DNA from: Octopus sinensis
Taxonomy: Eukaryota
Reading direction: 5' to 3'
Assembly (NCBI RefSeq): GCF_006345805.1
Contig: NC_043021.1
Span: forward strand, 6,510,001-6,574,000
DNA length: 64,000 bases
The notes below the pieces were generated by a model, which was not told the DNA's origin, did not search any database, and saw only the letters and a list, made by a program, of their open reading frames with translations. The position numbers and the translations under genes are program-made. Shown in pieces: positions 53,358-64,000 of this stretch. Position 1 is the stretch's first letter; the number at the start of each line of letters is the position of its first letter.

Positions 53358-53938
53358 ATTTGGTTCAAATTTTGGCACACAAGTTCAGCAGTCTGGGGTG
53401 GGGGGAAGGGAATTGACATCGACCTCAATACTTGACTGGTACTGCATTTTACCGAGGGATGAAGGTAAAGTTAACTCCGGTGGAATTTGAACTCAGAAAG
53501 TAATGGGTCGTAAGAAATACCTATTTCTTTATTATCCACAAGGGGCTAAACACAGAGAGGACAAACAAGGACAGACAAACGGATTAAGTCGATTATATCG
53601 ACCCCAGTGCGTAACTGGTACTTATTTAATCGACCCCGAAAGGATGAAAGGCAAAGTAGTCCTCGGCGGAATTTGAACTCAGAACGTAGCGGCAGACCAC
53701 TTCACTATAATATTCCTTTATTGCCCACAAGGGGCTAAACATAGAGGGGACAAACAAGGACAGACAAAGGGATTAAGTCGATTTCATCAACCCCAGTGCA
53801 TGACTGGTACTTAATTTATCGACCCCGAAAGGATGAGAGGCAAAGTCGACCTCGGCGGAATTTGAACTCAGAACGTAACGGCAGACGAAACACTGCTAAG
53901 CATTTCACCCGGCGTGCTAACGTTTCTGCCAGCTCGCT
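53358..53938 (-). mobile_element. Three head-to-tail SINE family B copies
   Basis: An AAATACC|TATTTC junction lies at 53521. Confidence 0.85.
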
Positions 53939-54561
53939 AGGCATTTTGTTCGACGCACTCCCAGCTCACCACCTTCTCCAAATCACTCAAAATGGTGATG
54001 GAAGCCGGCGGTTAACGATCTATGACATAGGGCAGAGGTGGGAGACGGAGAATCGTAAAACAGAGATAATGAGAGGAGGGAGACAATAAGTAGAGCGCAG
54101 AGAGGGGGGGCAGGGAGGCAAAGACTCTATCACGTGACAGATTCTCCCGTTCAGAAACGTGAACAAGGGTCAAAAGAGTAAGCGGGAGCTGGGGGGAGGA
54201 AGGGGAGGTAAATACTTTTACGTCACCAGCACGACTCAGATAGGAAGGGGGGAAAAGGAGAGAGAGAGAGAGGAAGCCAAACCAGCAACAGCTTCCATGT
54301 ATATTTTTTACACTTCAATGACGAAACAGTGGAAAGTCTGTCTATCGGCAAGCTCTCCCTGTCTCTGTCTCTCTCTGTCTGTCTCTCTTTCTCTTTCCCC
54401 CCTATCTCTCTCTTTCATACACACACTGTCACCCGTCATAAACTATTCAGATTAAAACAAACACACACTCGTGCGTATACCCTCATTGATTCCCATATAG
54501 ACTTATACGCTTAGACTCATATGCACAAATACAAAGATAATTCAGGTCGGTGTGATATATC

Positions 54562-54629
<68 letters not shown>

Positions 54630-54684
54630 CACGCATATATATATTAGAGAACAAAGTGTACGTACGCCGCTGTATGTGTATATA

Positions 54685-55021
<337 letters not shown>

Positions 55022-55044
55022 TTATATATATATATATATATATA

Positions 55045-55255
55045 CAAAAAGGACGACCAAACATCCAGACAGACGATACAAAACACAAGGACGGGTCATT
55101 CGAAGCCTTTTATCCTCAGTCAAGAACCGGATCATCCTCGCATGACCCGTCCTTGCTTTTTTTGTATTGTCTATCTGGATGTTTTGTTGTCCCTTTTTGT
55201 ATCACTTAGCTGTCCGGATGTTTTGCGTTCTTGTCCCATCTTGTATTTTATTTCA
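55045..55255. repeat. ~60-bp inverted repeat module between (TA)n tracts
   Basis: 55045-55103 pairs with 55138-55199 (by eye about 85%), with a 34-nt spacer. Confidence 0.8.
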
Positions 55256-55268
55256 CATATATATATAT

Positions 55269-55318
<50 letters not shown>

Positions 55319-56064
55319 TATATATATATATATATACGAGAGAGAGAGATACATATAACTCTTTCTCTCTCTCTCTCTGTATATATATAAATTGGCCATG
55401 AGCAACCGAAACAGCTTTTGTAACAAATATTAACTGGCACATCCAGCTAAAACTGGATGTGTTATTTATAATGCCGTAAGTTGCGGTGAACGTCCTGAAA
55501 AATCATTTCGTGTCGACGACAAATGCTAAAAGGCATCGAACTTCTAATGTCGGTTGACTAAATTTCATCAACACCAGAAGATAACACAGCTATATCACGT
55601 GATTTCACCGTATTGCGGATCATTAGTAGTAGGAAGCCAAGCACCGAATGCCAGACTGCAATCTTCATCCTTATAAGCAATACATCCAGACTAGGTTGGC
55701 TGTGCTAATTAATATTTTTTAATATGTTACCTTATTATGTTTCAAAAAGGGGCGCTTTGGCAGAATGAAAGAGTGTCAAACAATCTGGATTATTGCTACA
55801 ACTTTTTTTATGTTGTGAGTTCAAATCCTGCTGAGATCAGCTTTGTCTATCATCCCAATAAAGTAACAAGTATGTGGTTCATGTAATAGACTATTCCGAT
55901 GCTCAACGAATCTCTACTGCTATAAAAGCTCAGCTACCTCGCAATGTTCTTAGTCTCAACACTTGATCTCAGATCAAATCCCTTCATCTGACGGAATGAA
56001 ACAGAGTATTAGTGATCAAGTCTTAAATTAAGATATGTTATTACATAATTGAATAAGGCAGCAT

Positions 56065-56270
56065 GCTTGGCAGAATGGTTAGCGCGCCGACCAAAATATT
56101 TTGCGGCATTTCGTCCATTTTTACACTCTGAGTCCAGTTCCGCCGAGGTCGACTTTGCCCGTTATTTTTTCGGGGTCGGTTATATAAGTACCACTTGAGA
56201 CACTGGGGTCGATGTAATTGGCTTATCCTCAACCCACGAACATGCTGAACTTGTGTCAAAATTTGAAGCC
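56065..56270 (+). mobile_element. SINE family B, diverged
   Basis: TGGCAGAATGGTTAGCGCGCCG..GCCGAGGTCGACTTTGCC. Confidence 0.75.
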
Positions 56271-56429
56271 ATTATTACGTAATTGAACTGTAAATTTTGT
56301 ACTGTAAATATCGTTAATTGATATAACCTTCAAGTTTTGAAGTCCTGGAATAATTTAAGTCATCGTCTGATATGCTGTCAGTTGAAAGGCCAAGATTTTC
56401 GCAGATACTTCGTTTGGATCGGTGTAGAT

Positions 56430-56815
56430 GCGGCTATGTGATAAGAAGCTCGCTTCCTAACCACATGGCTCCGGGTTCAGTCCCACCGCGTGGCACCTTG
56501 AACAAGTGTCTTCTGCTGTAACCTCAGGCCGACCAAAGCCTTGTGAGTGGATTTCGTACACGGAAACTAAAAGAATCTCGTCGTTTGTGTGCGCGCGCGT
56601 GTGTTTGTCCTTGTGTTAGTGTTTGACAACCGGTGTTGGTGTGTTTACGTCCCCGTAACTTAGCAGTTTGGCAAAAGAGATCGATAGAATAAGTACCAGA
56701 CTTTAAAAATACCAAAAAAAGAAAAAACAAGCACTGAGGTCCGATTCATTCGATGAAAAGTCTTCAGGGCGGTGCCCCAGCATGGCCGTAGTCTAATGAC
56801 TGAAACAAGTAAAAC
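56430..56815 (+). mobile_element. SINE family A, diverged
   Basis: Family A head and tail recognisable. Confidence 0.8.
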
Positions 56816-57010
56816 ATAAAATCTAAGTGACGGATTTCTTGAAACAGTTTTCGTGTGAAAGCTGAGCACTAAGTGAGAAGTCAATGGATCTCCGTCAGTT
56901 TCGACGACGAATATTCCAGTCGTTCGACCAACCGAACTGCCAACTCATTGTATTATCTATAATATAAAATCAGTTCATAAGACAAATGTAGACCTAGCTA
57001 CAGGATGTGT

Positions 57011-57428
57011 TATTTCTTTATTGCCCACAAGGGGCTAAACATAGAGGGGACAAACAAGGACAGACAAAACGGATTAAGTCGATTATATCAACCCCAGTGC
57101 GTAACTGGTACTTAATTTATCGACCCCGAAAGGATGAAAGGCAAAGTCGACCTCGGCGGAATTTGAACTCAGAATGTAGCGACAGACGCAATACCTATTT
57201 CTTTACTACCCACAAGGGGCTAAACACAGAGGGGACAAACAAGGACAGGCAAACGGATTAAATCGATTACATCGACCCCAGTGCGTAATTGGTATTTATT
57301 TAATCGACCCCGAAATGATGAAAGGCAAAGTCGACCTCGGCGGAATTTGAACTCAGAACGTAGCCGCAGACGAAATACCGCAAAGCATTTCGCCCGGCGT
57401 GCTTAACGTTTCTGCCAGCTCGCCGCCT
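57011..57428 (-). mobile_element. Two head-to-tail SINE family B copies abutting (AAT)n
   Basis: A CAATACC|TATTTC junction lies at 57195. (AAT)n runs 57430-57497. Confidence 0.88.
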
Positions 57429-57499
<71 letters not shown>

Positions 57500-57878
57500 C
57501 TACTTTCCTGAGAATTCTTACGTGATGTTTTAATATTTCGTCTTTGTTCGTCCCTCTGTGTTTGGGAAATGTTATTGTCTTAGCAGTAAAGAGGGTCAAA
57601 AGTCAAACACTTCACTTTTCCTTTGATATATACGAAGTAGCAGTCTTTTGTTCTGTAGTCAGAATAAGTCATTATGTACGTATATATAGATGTGTGCGCG
57701 CATACACAGTTATACGTCTGAGAGTATCTACGGTTATACATATATATGTAAATTAAAGCTGTGAACTTTATTCTCCTGTCTGTATTCTTCTGTCTACTGT
57801 TAAGCTTTATTCTTCTCTCTACTGTTTTATTCCTTTATAAACTGTGAATTCCCTGTTTAGAACTTTCAAACATACCTT

Positions 57879-57955
57879 GTCTCTGATGATGGGAATACCC
57901 AGTGTATGGAGACGCTAACCTATCACATAGGATATTCCAGAAACAGCTGTAAGAC
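57879..57955 (+). ncRNA. Type I hammerhead ribozyme motif (canonical core, long stem II)
   Basis: GTCT-CTGATGA-TGGGAATA...TATTCCA-GAAAC-AGCT-GTA-AGAC. Confidence 0.82.
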
Positions 57956-58559
57956 ATGCAATAATTAATTAATTACTCTTTTACTTGTTTCAGTCATTTG
58001 ACTGCGGCCATGTTGGAGCACCGTCTTTAGACGAGCAAATCGACCCCATGACTTAATCTTTGTAAGCCCTGTACTTATTGCATATATATATCATATACAT
58101 ATCTTTCTACACACACAGCTTTATGTGTGTGCTTTTGTTTCTGACTTAAGGACAATATCAACTAAATCTTTTAACTTTTACTTGTTTCAGTCATCAGACT
58201 GCAGCTGTATTGAAGGGTTTAGTCGAACAAATCGACCCCAGTACATTTCCTATAAAGCCTAGTACTTATTCTCTTAGTCTCTTTTTGCCAAACCACCAAG
58301 GTACAAATACGTACTCAAACGTCAATCTAACACCAGTTGTCAAATGGTGATGGAGGACAAGTACAGACATAAAAACACACAAACACGCACGCACACACAC
58401 ACACACTCACACACACACACACACATACACGCACGCACAATCACGCACGCATACACACACGCGCGCATGCATGCCCCCCCCACACACACGCATGCATCGC
58501 GCGCGCACACTTACATTTTGTTTTGAATTTGTGTGAAAGTGTATAGAATGATATATCAG

Positions 58560-59255
58560 TTGAATAAAATTAAAACATGGTCTGATTTTCAAGTTTTTAT
58601 TATAGTATTTTAACATTAAAAAAATATATATTTTGTAATTCTCATAAAGTTAAATTAGCGCTTTCGTACGTAGAGTAATCATCAGATTTCAAATGTGTTT
58701 AACTGACAGTTGAGTTCTTGACAACTTTAGTACCTCTTAGAACGCTCCAACAAGCTGAATTTTTAGAATACGGTTTAGATCAATCTGCATGCAGCTTAAA
58801 CAGCACAGTTTGTCTGGCGTACTGATATTCTGTAATTTGTTTATATTTATATGCTAAGAGATATTTTTGAATCCACATCATTAACGGTTGTTATATTATT
58901 GCTGTTATTTCTATTCAGATGAGGTTTGAACATTTTAATAAACCGTTTTTCTTTTATCTTTCTTCCAACCTCACTCGTCGTGTCATGTAATTTGTGGAAA
59001 GGAAAAATTAGAAACATTTTCTGACCGCATGTCTCTATATGTTCGCTCAGTGGGATTTGGCGAACATTGGTCTTCCAGATTTGTTGTCTGTGGACTCGTG
59101 AGCGTTCCGATAATGCATTCCCTGTTTCGCCTATATATAATTCCTCGCAATTCGGGCATTTAAAGCAGTAGATCAAATTTCTGCTTTTGCAGTTCATATC
59201 TGCATTTGCGAAAATCTGTCCATTTTTTGTTCTAATGGATCTACCAGTATGCAAG
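58560..59255 (-). mobile_element. Penelope-like element 3' part: GIY-YIG endonuclease plus pLTR
   Basis: CKSRNLIYCFKCPNCEELYIGETGNALSERSRVHRQQI...RKIKEKRFIKMFKPHLN, stop at 58847, then a hammerhead motif. Confidence 0.9.
58652..58689 (-). ncRNA. Minimal hammerhead motif in PLE pLTR
   Basis: AAAT-CTGATGA-TTAC(TCTAC)GTAC-GAAA-GCGC-TA-ATTT. Helix III is the palindrome AGCGCT and the triplet is CUA. Confidence 0.72.
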
Positions 59256-60560
59256 TCAGCCTCATCCTCAAAGATAATAAATTCCTTTTCAACGGAAAAA
59301 TCTACCTCCAAATTCAAGGCACAGCTATGAGGACGTGATTTGCTCCAGTTTTCGCGAACTCAGTATTGGGATCCTTGGGACAAAACCTATAAAAAACAGA
59401 TTGAAGAGAACTACGGCATAACCTTTAAAAGACATATAGAGGACACAAGGAAAAGATACTTCGATGATTGTTTCCTAATTTGGACCAAATCACAAGAAAA
59501 TCTGTAAGAATTCAGCACCCCTTTCAACAATCTACACCCTAGTCTCAAATTCACAAGAAGAATGAGCAACACACAGTTACCATTTCTTGACATAATGGTA
59601 ATTAAAAACAACACCACAATCACAACTGATATTGGAAAAGATACCTCGATGATTGTTTCCTAATTTGGACCAAATCACAAGAAAATCTGTAAGAATTCAG
59701 CACCCCCTTCAACAATCTACACCCTAGTCTCAAATTCACAAAAGGAGTGAGCAACACAATTACCTTTTCTTGACATAATGGTAATTAAAAACAACACCAC
59801 AATTACAACTGAAAGTTATTACAAAAGCACAGATACACACCAGTACCTAAATTTCAAATCATGCCACCCAACACACACAAAACGCAACATCCCGTACTGT
59901 CTACGCAGGAAAATTTGTACTATACTCGATGATTCAAATACCAGAAACACCCGAAGGATTTCTGCTCAAGCAAAATTACCTTCTCCTACTTATAGCATAC
60001 AACGAGTAAAAGAGATAATTATAGAACAACTAAGGGCAACACAAAAAAGATGAACCCATCAAAGGAACACAATACCTATTTCTTTACTACCCACAAGGGG
60101 CTAAACACAGAGAGGACTAACAAGGACAGACAAAGGGATTAAGTCGATTATATCGACCCCTGTGCGTCACTGGTACTTATTTAATCGACCCCGAAAGGAT
60201 GAAAGGCAAAGTCGACCTCGGCGGAATTTGAACTCAGAACGTAACAGCAGACGAAATACCGCTAATCATTTTGCCCAGCGTGCTAACGTCTCTGCCAGCT
60301 CACCGCCTGATGAACACAATACCGTTTCTAGTAACACACAATCTAGTAACACACAATCTGCATCACCAAAACATTTTTAACATCAGCAAAGCAAATTTGC
60401 CAATCATAAAACAAAGTGAAAACTTTAAAAAAATTAAAAAGCATAACTAATCAAACACTTACCTTAAGCAAAAGGCAACCACATAACCTAAAGAAACTAT
60501 TAACAAAGGCAAAATTCAACATGAACATACAGGATAAAACACTCACAGTATCCAAGCGTA
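59256..60560 (+). mobile_element. Penelope-like element RT part, inverted relative to its endonuclease
   Basis: LILKDNKFLFNGKIYLQIQGTAM, RYFDDCFLIW, FNNLHPSLKFT, LPFLDIMV, YYKSTDTHQYLNFKSCHPTHTKRNIPY, SKRQPHNLKKLLTKAKF. Contains stops, a 185-bp internal duplication and a SINE B insertion. Confidence 0.9.
60077..60308 (-). mobile_element. SINE family B inserted in the PLE RT, ~12-bp TSD
   Basis: GAACACAATACC at 60065-76 and 60312-23. Confidence 0.9.
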
Positions 60561-60604
60561 ATTATTGCACTCAATGTAAAAAAAAAAAGTTATGCTGTTT
60601 GGTT

Positions 60605-60947
60605 GGATATGTAAAGACCCCTTCAGTCATGAATGACCATGGGACTGCACCTAGAAAATTCCCCTCCAAGGCACAAGTCTGTGCAAGGTTGTTTATGGAA
60701 GACCAGCAGTCGCCCATGCATCCCAGCCTCCCCTCTCCACGTCACCGATGTTGTCCAAGGGAAAGGCAAAGGGGCCGATACAGCTTGGCACCTGTGACAT
60801 CGCAACTCATTTCTACAGCTGAGTGGACTGGAGCAACGTGAAATAAAGTGTCTTGCTCAAAAACACAACCCGTGGCCCGGTCCGGGATTCGAACTCACAA
60901 CCTCACGATCGAGAGCTCGACGCTCTAACCACTGAGCCATGCGACTT

Positions 60948-60950
<3 letters not shown>
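60605..60950 (-). mobile_element. tRNA-derived SINE family D (CORE-like central domain)
   Basis: Head GCATGGCTCAGTGGTTAGAGCG..GAGTTCGAATCCC, then TTGAGCAAGACACTTTATTTCACGTTGCTCCAGTCCACTCAGCTGT. Confidence 0.82.
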
Positions 60951-60984
<34 letters not shown>

Positions 60985-61126
60985 ACACATATATATATAG
61001 TACAAAGTAAGATAGGGGGTTTGAGGGGTTATTTGGATGTTCCTATTTATATAGTTAACAAATAATATGAATGGTAATATCTGTAAGTTGATGATTGAAA
61101 TGAATTTGTTCCTCCATTTTCTTATT

Positions 61127-61182
<56 letters not shown>

Positions 61183-61339
61183 AGAGGCTTTTTCCAAATT
61201 TTTCATTTCGAAATCTATACACAAGGCTTTGGTCGGCCTGAGGTTATAGCAGAAGACACCTGCCCAAGGTGTCACGCAGTGGGGCTGAACTCAAAGACAT
61301 GTGGTTGGAAAGCAAACTTCCTACTACACAGCCACATAC

Positions 61340-61920
61340 GCGCACGCACACATACATACAAATATGCATACATACAAACATGCATACACATACACCCCAC
61401 CGACATACATACATACGTATGTACGTGCGTACGTACATACAGACCTACTTACATACATATACGCGTACATGCATAATGTATGAATGCATACTTATATGCA
61501 CATATCCATCCATCCATCCATACATACACACAGACATACATACATACACACAGACATACATACATATATTCATAAATACATACATACACATAGACATATA
61601 TACATAAATACATACATACAGACATACACACATACATAAATAAATGCATACATACATACACACATGCATACATACACACACATGCATACATACATACATA
61701 TATACAACATACATATACATACATTCATGCATACATACATACATACATACACACAGACATACATGCATACATACATACATACATACATACATGCATGCAT
61801 ACATATATACATACATACATACATACATACATACATACATACATACATACACACACGCATGCATACATACATACATACATACATACATACATACACACAT
61901 ACATACATACATACATACAT

Positions 61921-61952
<32 letters not shown>

Positions 61953-61953
61953 T

Positions 61954-61984
<31 letters not shown>

Positions 61985-62075
61985 TTACATACATACACAC
62001 ACACACACACACACATACATACATACATACATACACACACACACTCACATACATACATACATACATACATACATA
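61340..62075. repeat. (CATA)n/(CA)n microsatellite
   Basis: Direct reading. Confidence 0.96.
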
Positions 62076-63035
62076 TTGAGTTCAGTGTTAAGCTAAAATG
62101 CACAACCATAATACGCTGAACTCTCTAAACTTTCCCATTCAATAAGGAAAAGTTCAGCTCCACTTCACGCGTGCGCATGCGAATACATGCACGCGCGCGT
62201 ACACGCTATTTTGGTCCACATTCCTCTCTCTCTCTCTTTATAGTATGTATGTATATACACATAAGTATATATACACTCACACACATGGAAGACGGTGCCC
62301 CCCAGCATGGCTGCAAGTCAAATGACTGAAACAAATAAAAGGTGTGTATGTGTGTAGATAAAGGCAAGTATATGTGCGTACAATATATTACTTATGTAAC
62401 TCTCTGAACTATATATACACGCGCACTCACACAAGCATGCGGTGATGTAACTCTCTGTCTTTGAATAACTATGTATGTATGTATGTATGTATTTATGCGC
62501 GCGTGTGTATGTGTGAGTGTGTGTGAGTGTGTGTGTGTGTATGTGTGTGTGAATGTTGAAGTAATATTTGCAGTGTTTAAAGTAGAGAGCAAGAAGAGAG
62601 GTTATGAAAATGTCAAGAGCGAGGGAAGAGCATGAAGTATAATGAGAGAGAAAAATAGAACGATAGAGAGAAAGAGAGAGAAAAATAGAAGGAGAACAAA
62701 TAGAGTAAGGCCGAAATAGAGAGGGAAAACAGAGAGAAGGGCTGTAAGAGGAATAGGTAGAGAGAAAGAGATAGAGAAATAGTAGTTAGTGTGTGAGGGG
62801 CATGAGCAAGCTTAGCTAAACTCCTCCCACTTTTCCCAGCAATGGCCTCAACAACAAATGTAGATATGATGTCACGTCACGTGGTTAGATCATCGAAAGG
62901 GCAAGTTGGGAGATAAGATTTTCGAGGTATTTCTTTCGAGAAATATTTTTTCCTTGACTTGCTTTTGTTTTCATATACTTTTATTTCTTTCAAACCCAGC
63001 AATTTTTAATTTTTAATCTAAATATCTTAAACATA

Positions 63036-63437
63036 GGCGCAGGAGTGGCTGTGTGGTAAGCAGCTTGTTTACCAACCACATGGTTCCGGGTTCAGTCCCA
63101 TTGCGTGGCACCTTGGGCAAGTGTCTTCTACTATAGCCCCGGGCCGACCAAAGCCTTGTGAGTGGATTTGGTAGACGGAAACTGAAAGAAGCCCGTCGTA
63201 TATATGTATATATATATATATATATATATGCGTGTGTGTATTTGTGTGTGTCCCCCTAGCATTGCTTGACAACCGATGCTGGTGTGTTTATGTCCCCCGT
63301 AACTTAGCGGTTCGGCAAAAGAGAGACCGATAGAATAAGTACTGGGCTTACAAAAGAATAAGTCCCGGGGTCGAGTTGCTCGATTAAAGGCGGTGCTCCA
63401 GCATGGCCGCAGTCAAATGACTGAAACAAGTAAAAGA
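63036..63437 (+). mobile_element. SINE family A, full length
   Basis: Family A consensus. Confidence 0.92.
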
Positions 63438-63720
63438 ATCTGCACCTAAAAATTAAAATTTATTTATACTCGTGTATTTCTTACCATGTAAATCGAATTT
63501 AATGTAGGTTGGTTTTTCAATTATTTTTATAAACCACAGCCGCAGCTCCCCTCACGAAATTCTATTTCTTTTATAATAAAATTTAAATAATTTCCAGAAA
63601 ATAAAAAGGTTATTTTATTCGTTTATTTATTTCCGAAATATAAACACAAAAATAATAAAATATAAACAATATAAAAAGTGCAAATTGCTCCGAGTAGCTT
63701 TACAATCGTGCTCTCTCTCT

Positions 63721-63843
63721 CTCTCTCACACTCACATGTTTCCCCTCTTACAAGTCTCACTCTCTCTCACACTCACATGTTCCCCCTCTTACAAGTCTCA
63801 CTCTCTCACACTCACATGTTCCCCCTCTTACAAGTCTCACTCT
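63721..63843. repeat. 3 x ~40-bp minisatellite
   Basis: CTCTCACACTCACATGT..CCCCTCTTACAAGTCTCACT repeated three times. Confidence 0.85.
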
Positions 63844-64000
63844 CTCTCAAATTCTTTTCTTTATTGTAACACTTTCTTTCTACTGTAATGCTTTCTCGCC
63901 TCCTCCCTATACTTTTTATAGTGTAACTCTTACTCTGTCTCTTTCCCCCTCTCTCTCTCATAGTATTAAATATTGTAACACTTGCTGTGTCTCTGTCTCT

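Noticed and set aside
60870-60950. SINE heads (also families A, B, C) as tRNA genes
   Set aside because: A and B boxes are present but the cloverleaf is incomplete, and each continues into a multicopy SINE body.

Overview
Eukaryotic, AT-rich, repeat-saturated non-coding DNA. The SINE families and microsatellite spectrum point to a cephalopod, most likely Octopus (inference). I cannot support any host protein-coding exon. Almost every ORF in the supplied track is a translation of (TA)n, (TACA)n, (GATA)n, (CA)n or (AAT/GAT)n microsatellites. The window holds three decayed Penelope-like elements (PLE; RT plus GIY-YIG), a 5'-truncated L1/Tx1-type LINE sitting inside a (GATA)n tract, fragments of RTE, R4/Dong-like (RLE) and CR1/L2-like LINEs, two non-autonomous Helitrons, a mariner end, at least four tRNA-derived SINE families (about 35 copies or fragments), a tRNA-Val(CAC)-like gene or pseudogene, several minisatellites and a 100-N gap. 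Main observations: (1) about ten hammerhead-ribozyme motifs, several in small PLE-derived modules embedded in (TA)n, including a shared non-canonical CUGUNGA core; (2) apparent partitioning of microsatellite targets among retroelement classes; (3) a PLE with twin-priming-type inversion geometry; (4) a SINE whose 3' end repeatedly lands at ACC|TATTTC junctions; (5) a SINE-derived 7 x 116-bp array. All alignments and folds were done by eye, so boundaries are approximate unless a target-site duplication (TSD) or terminus is quoted.
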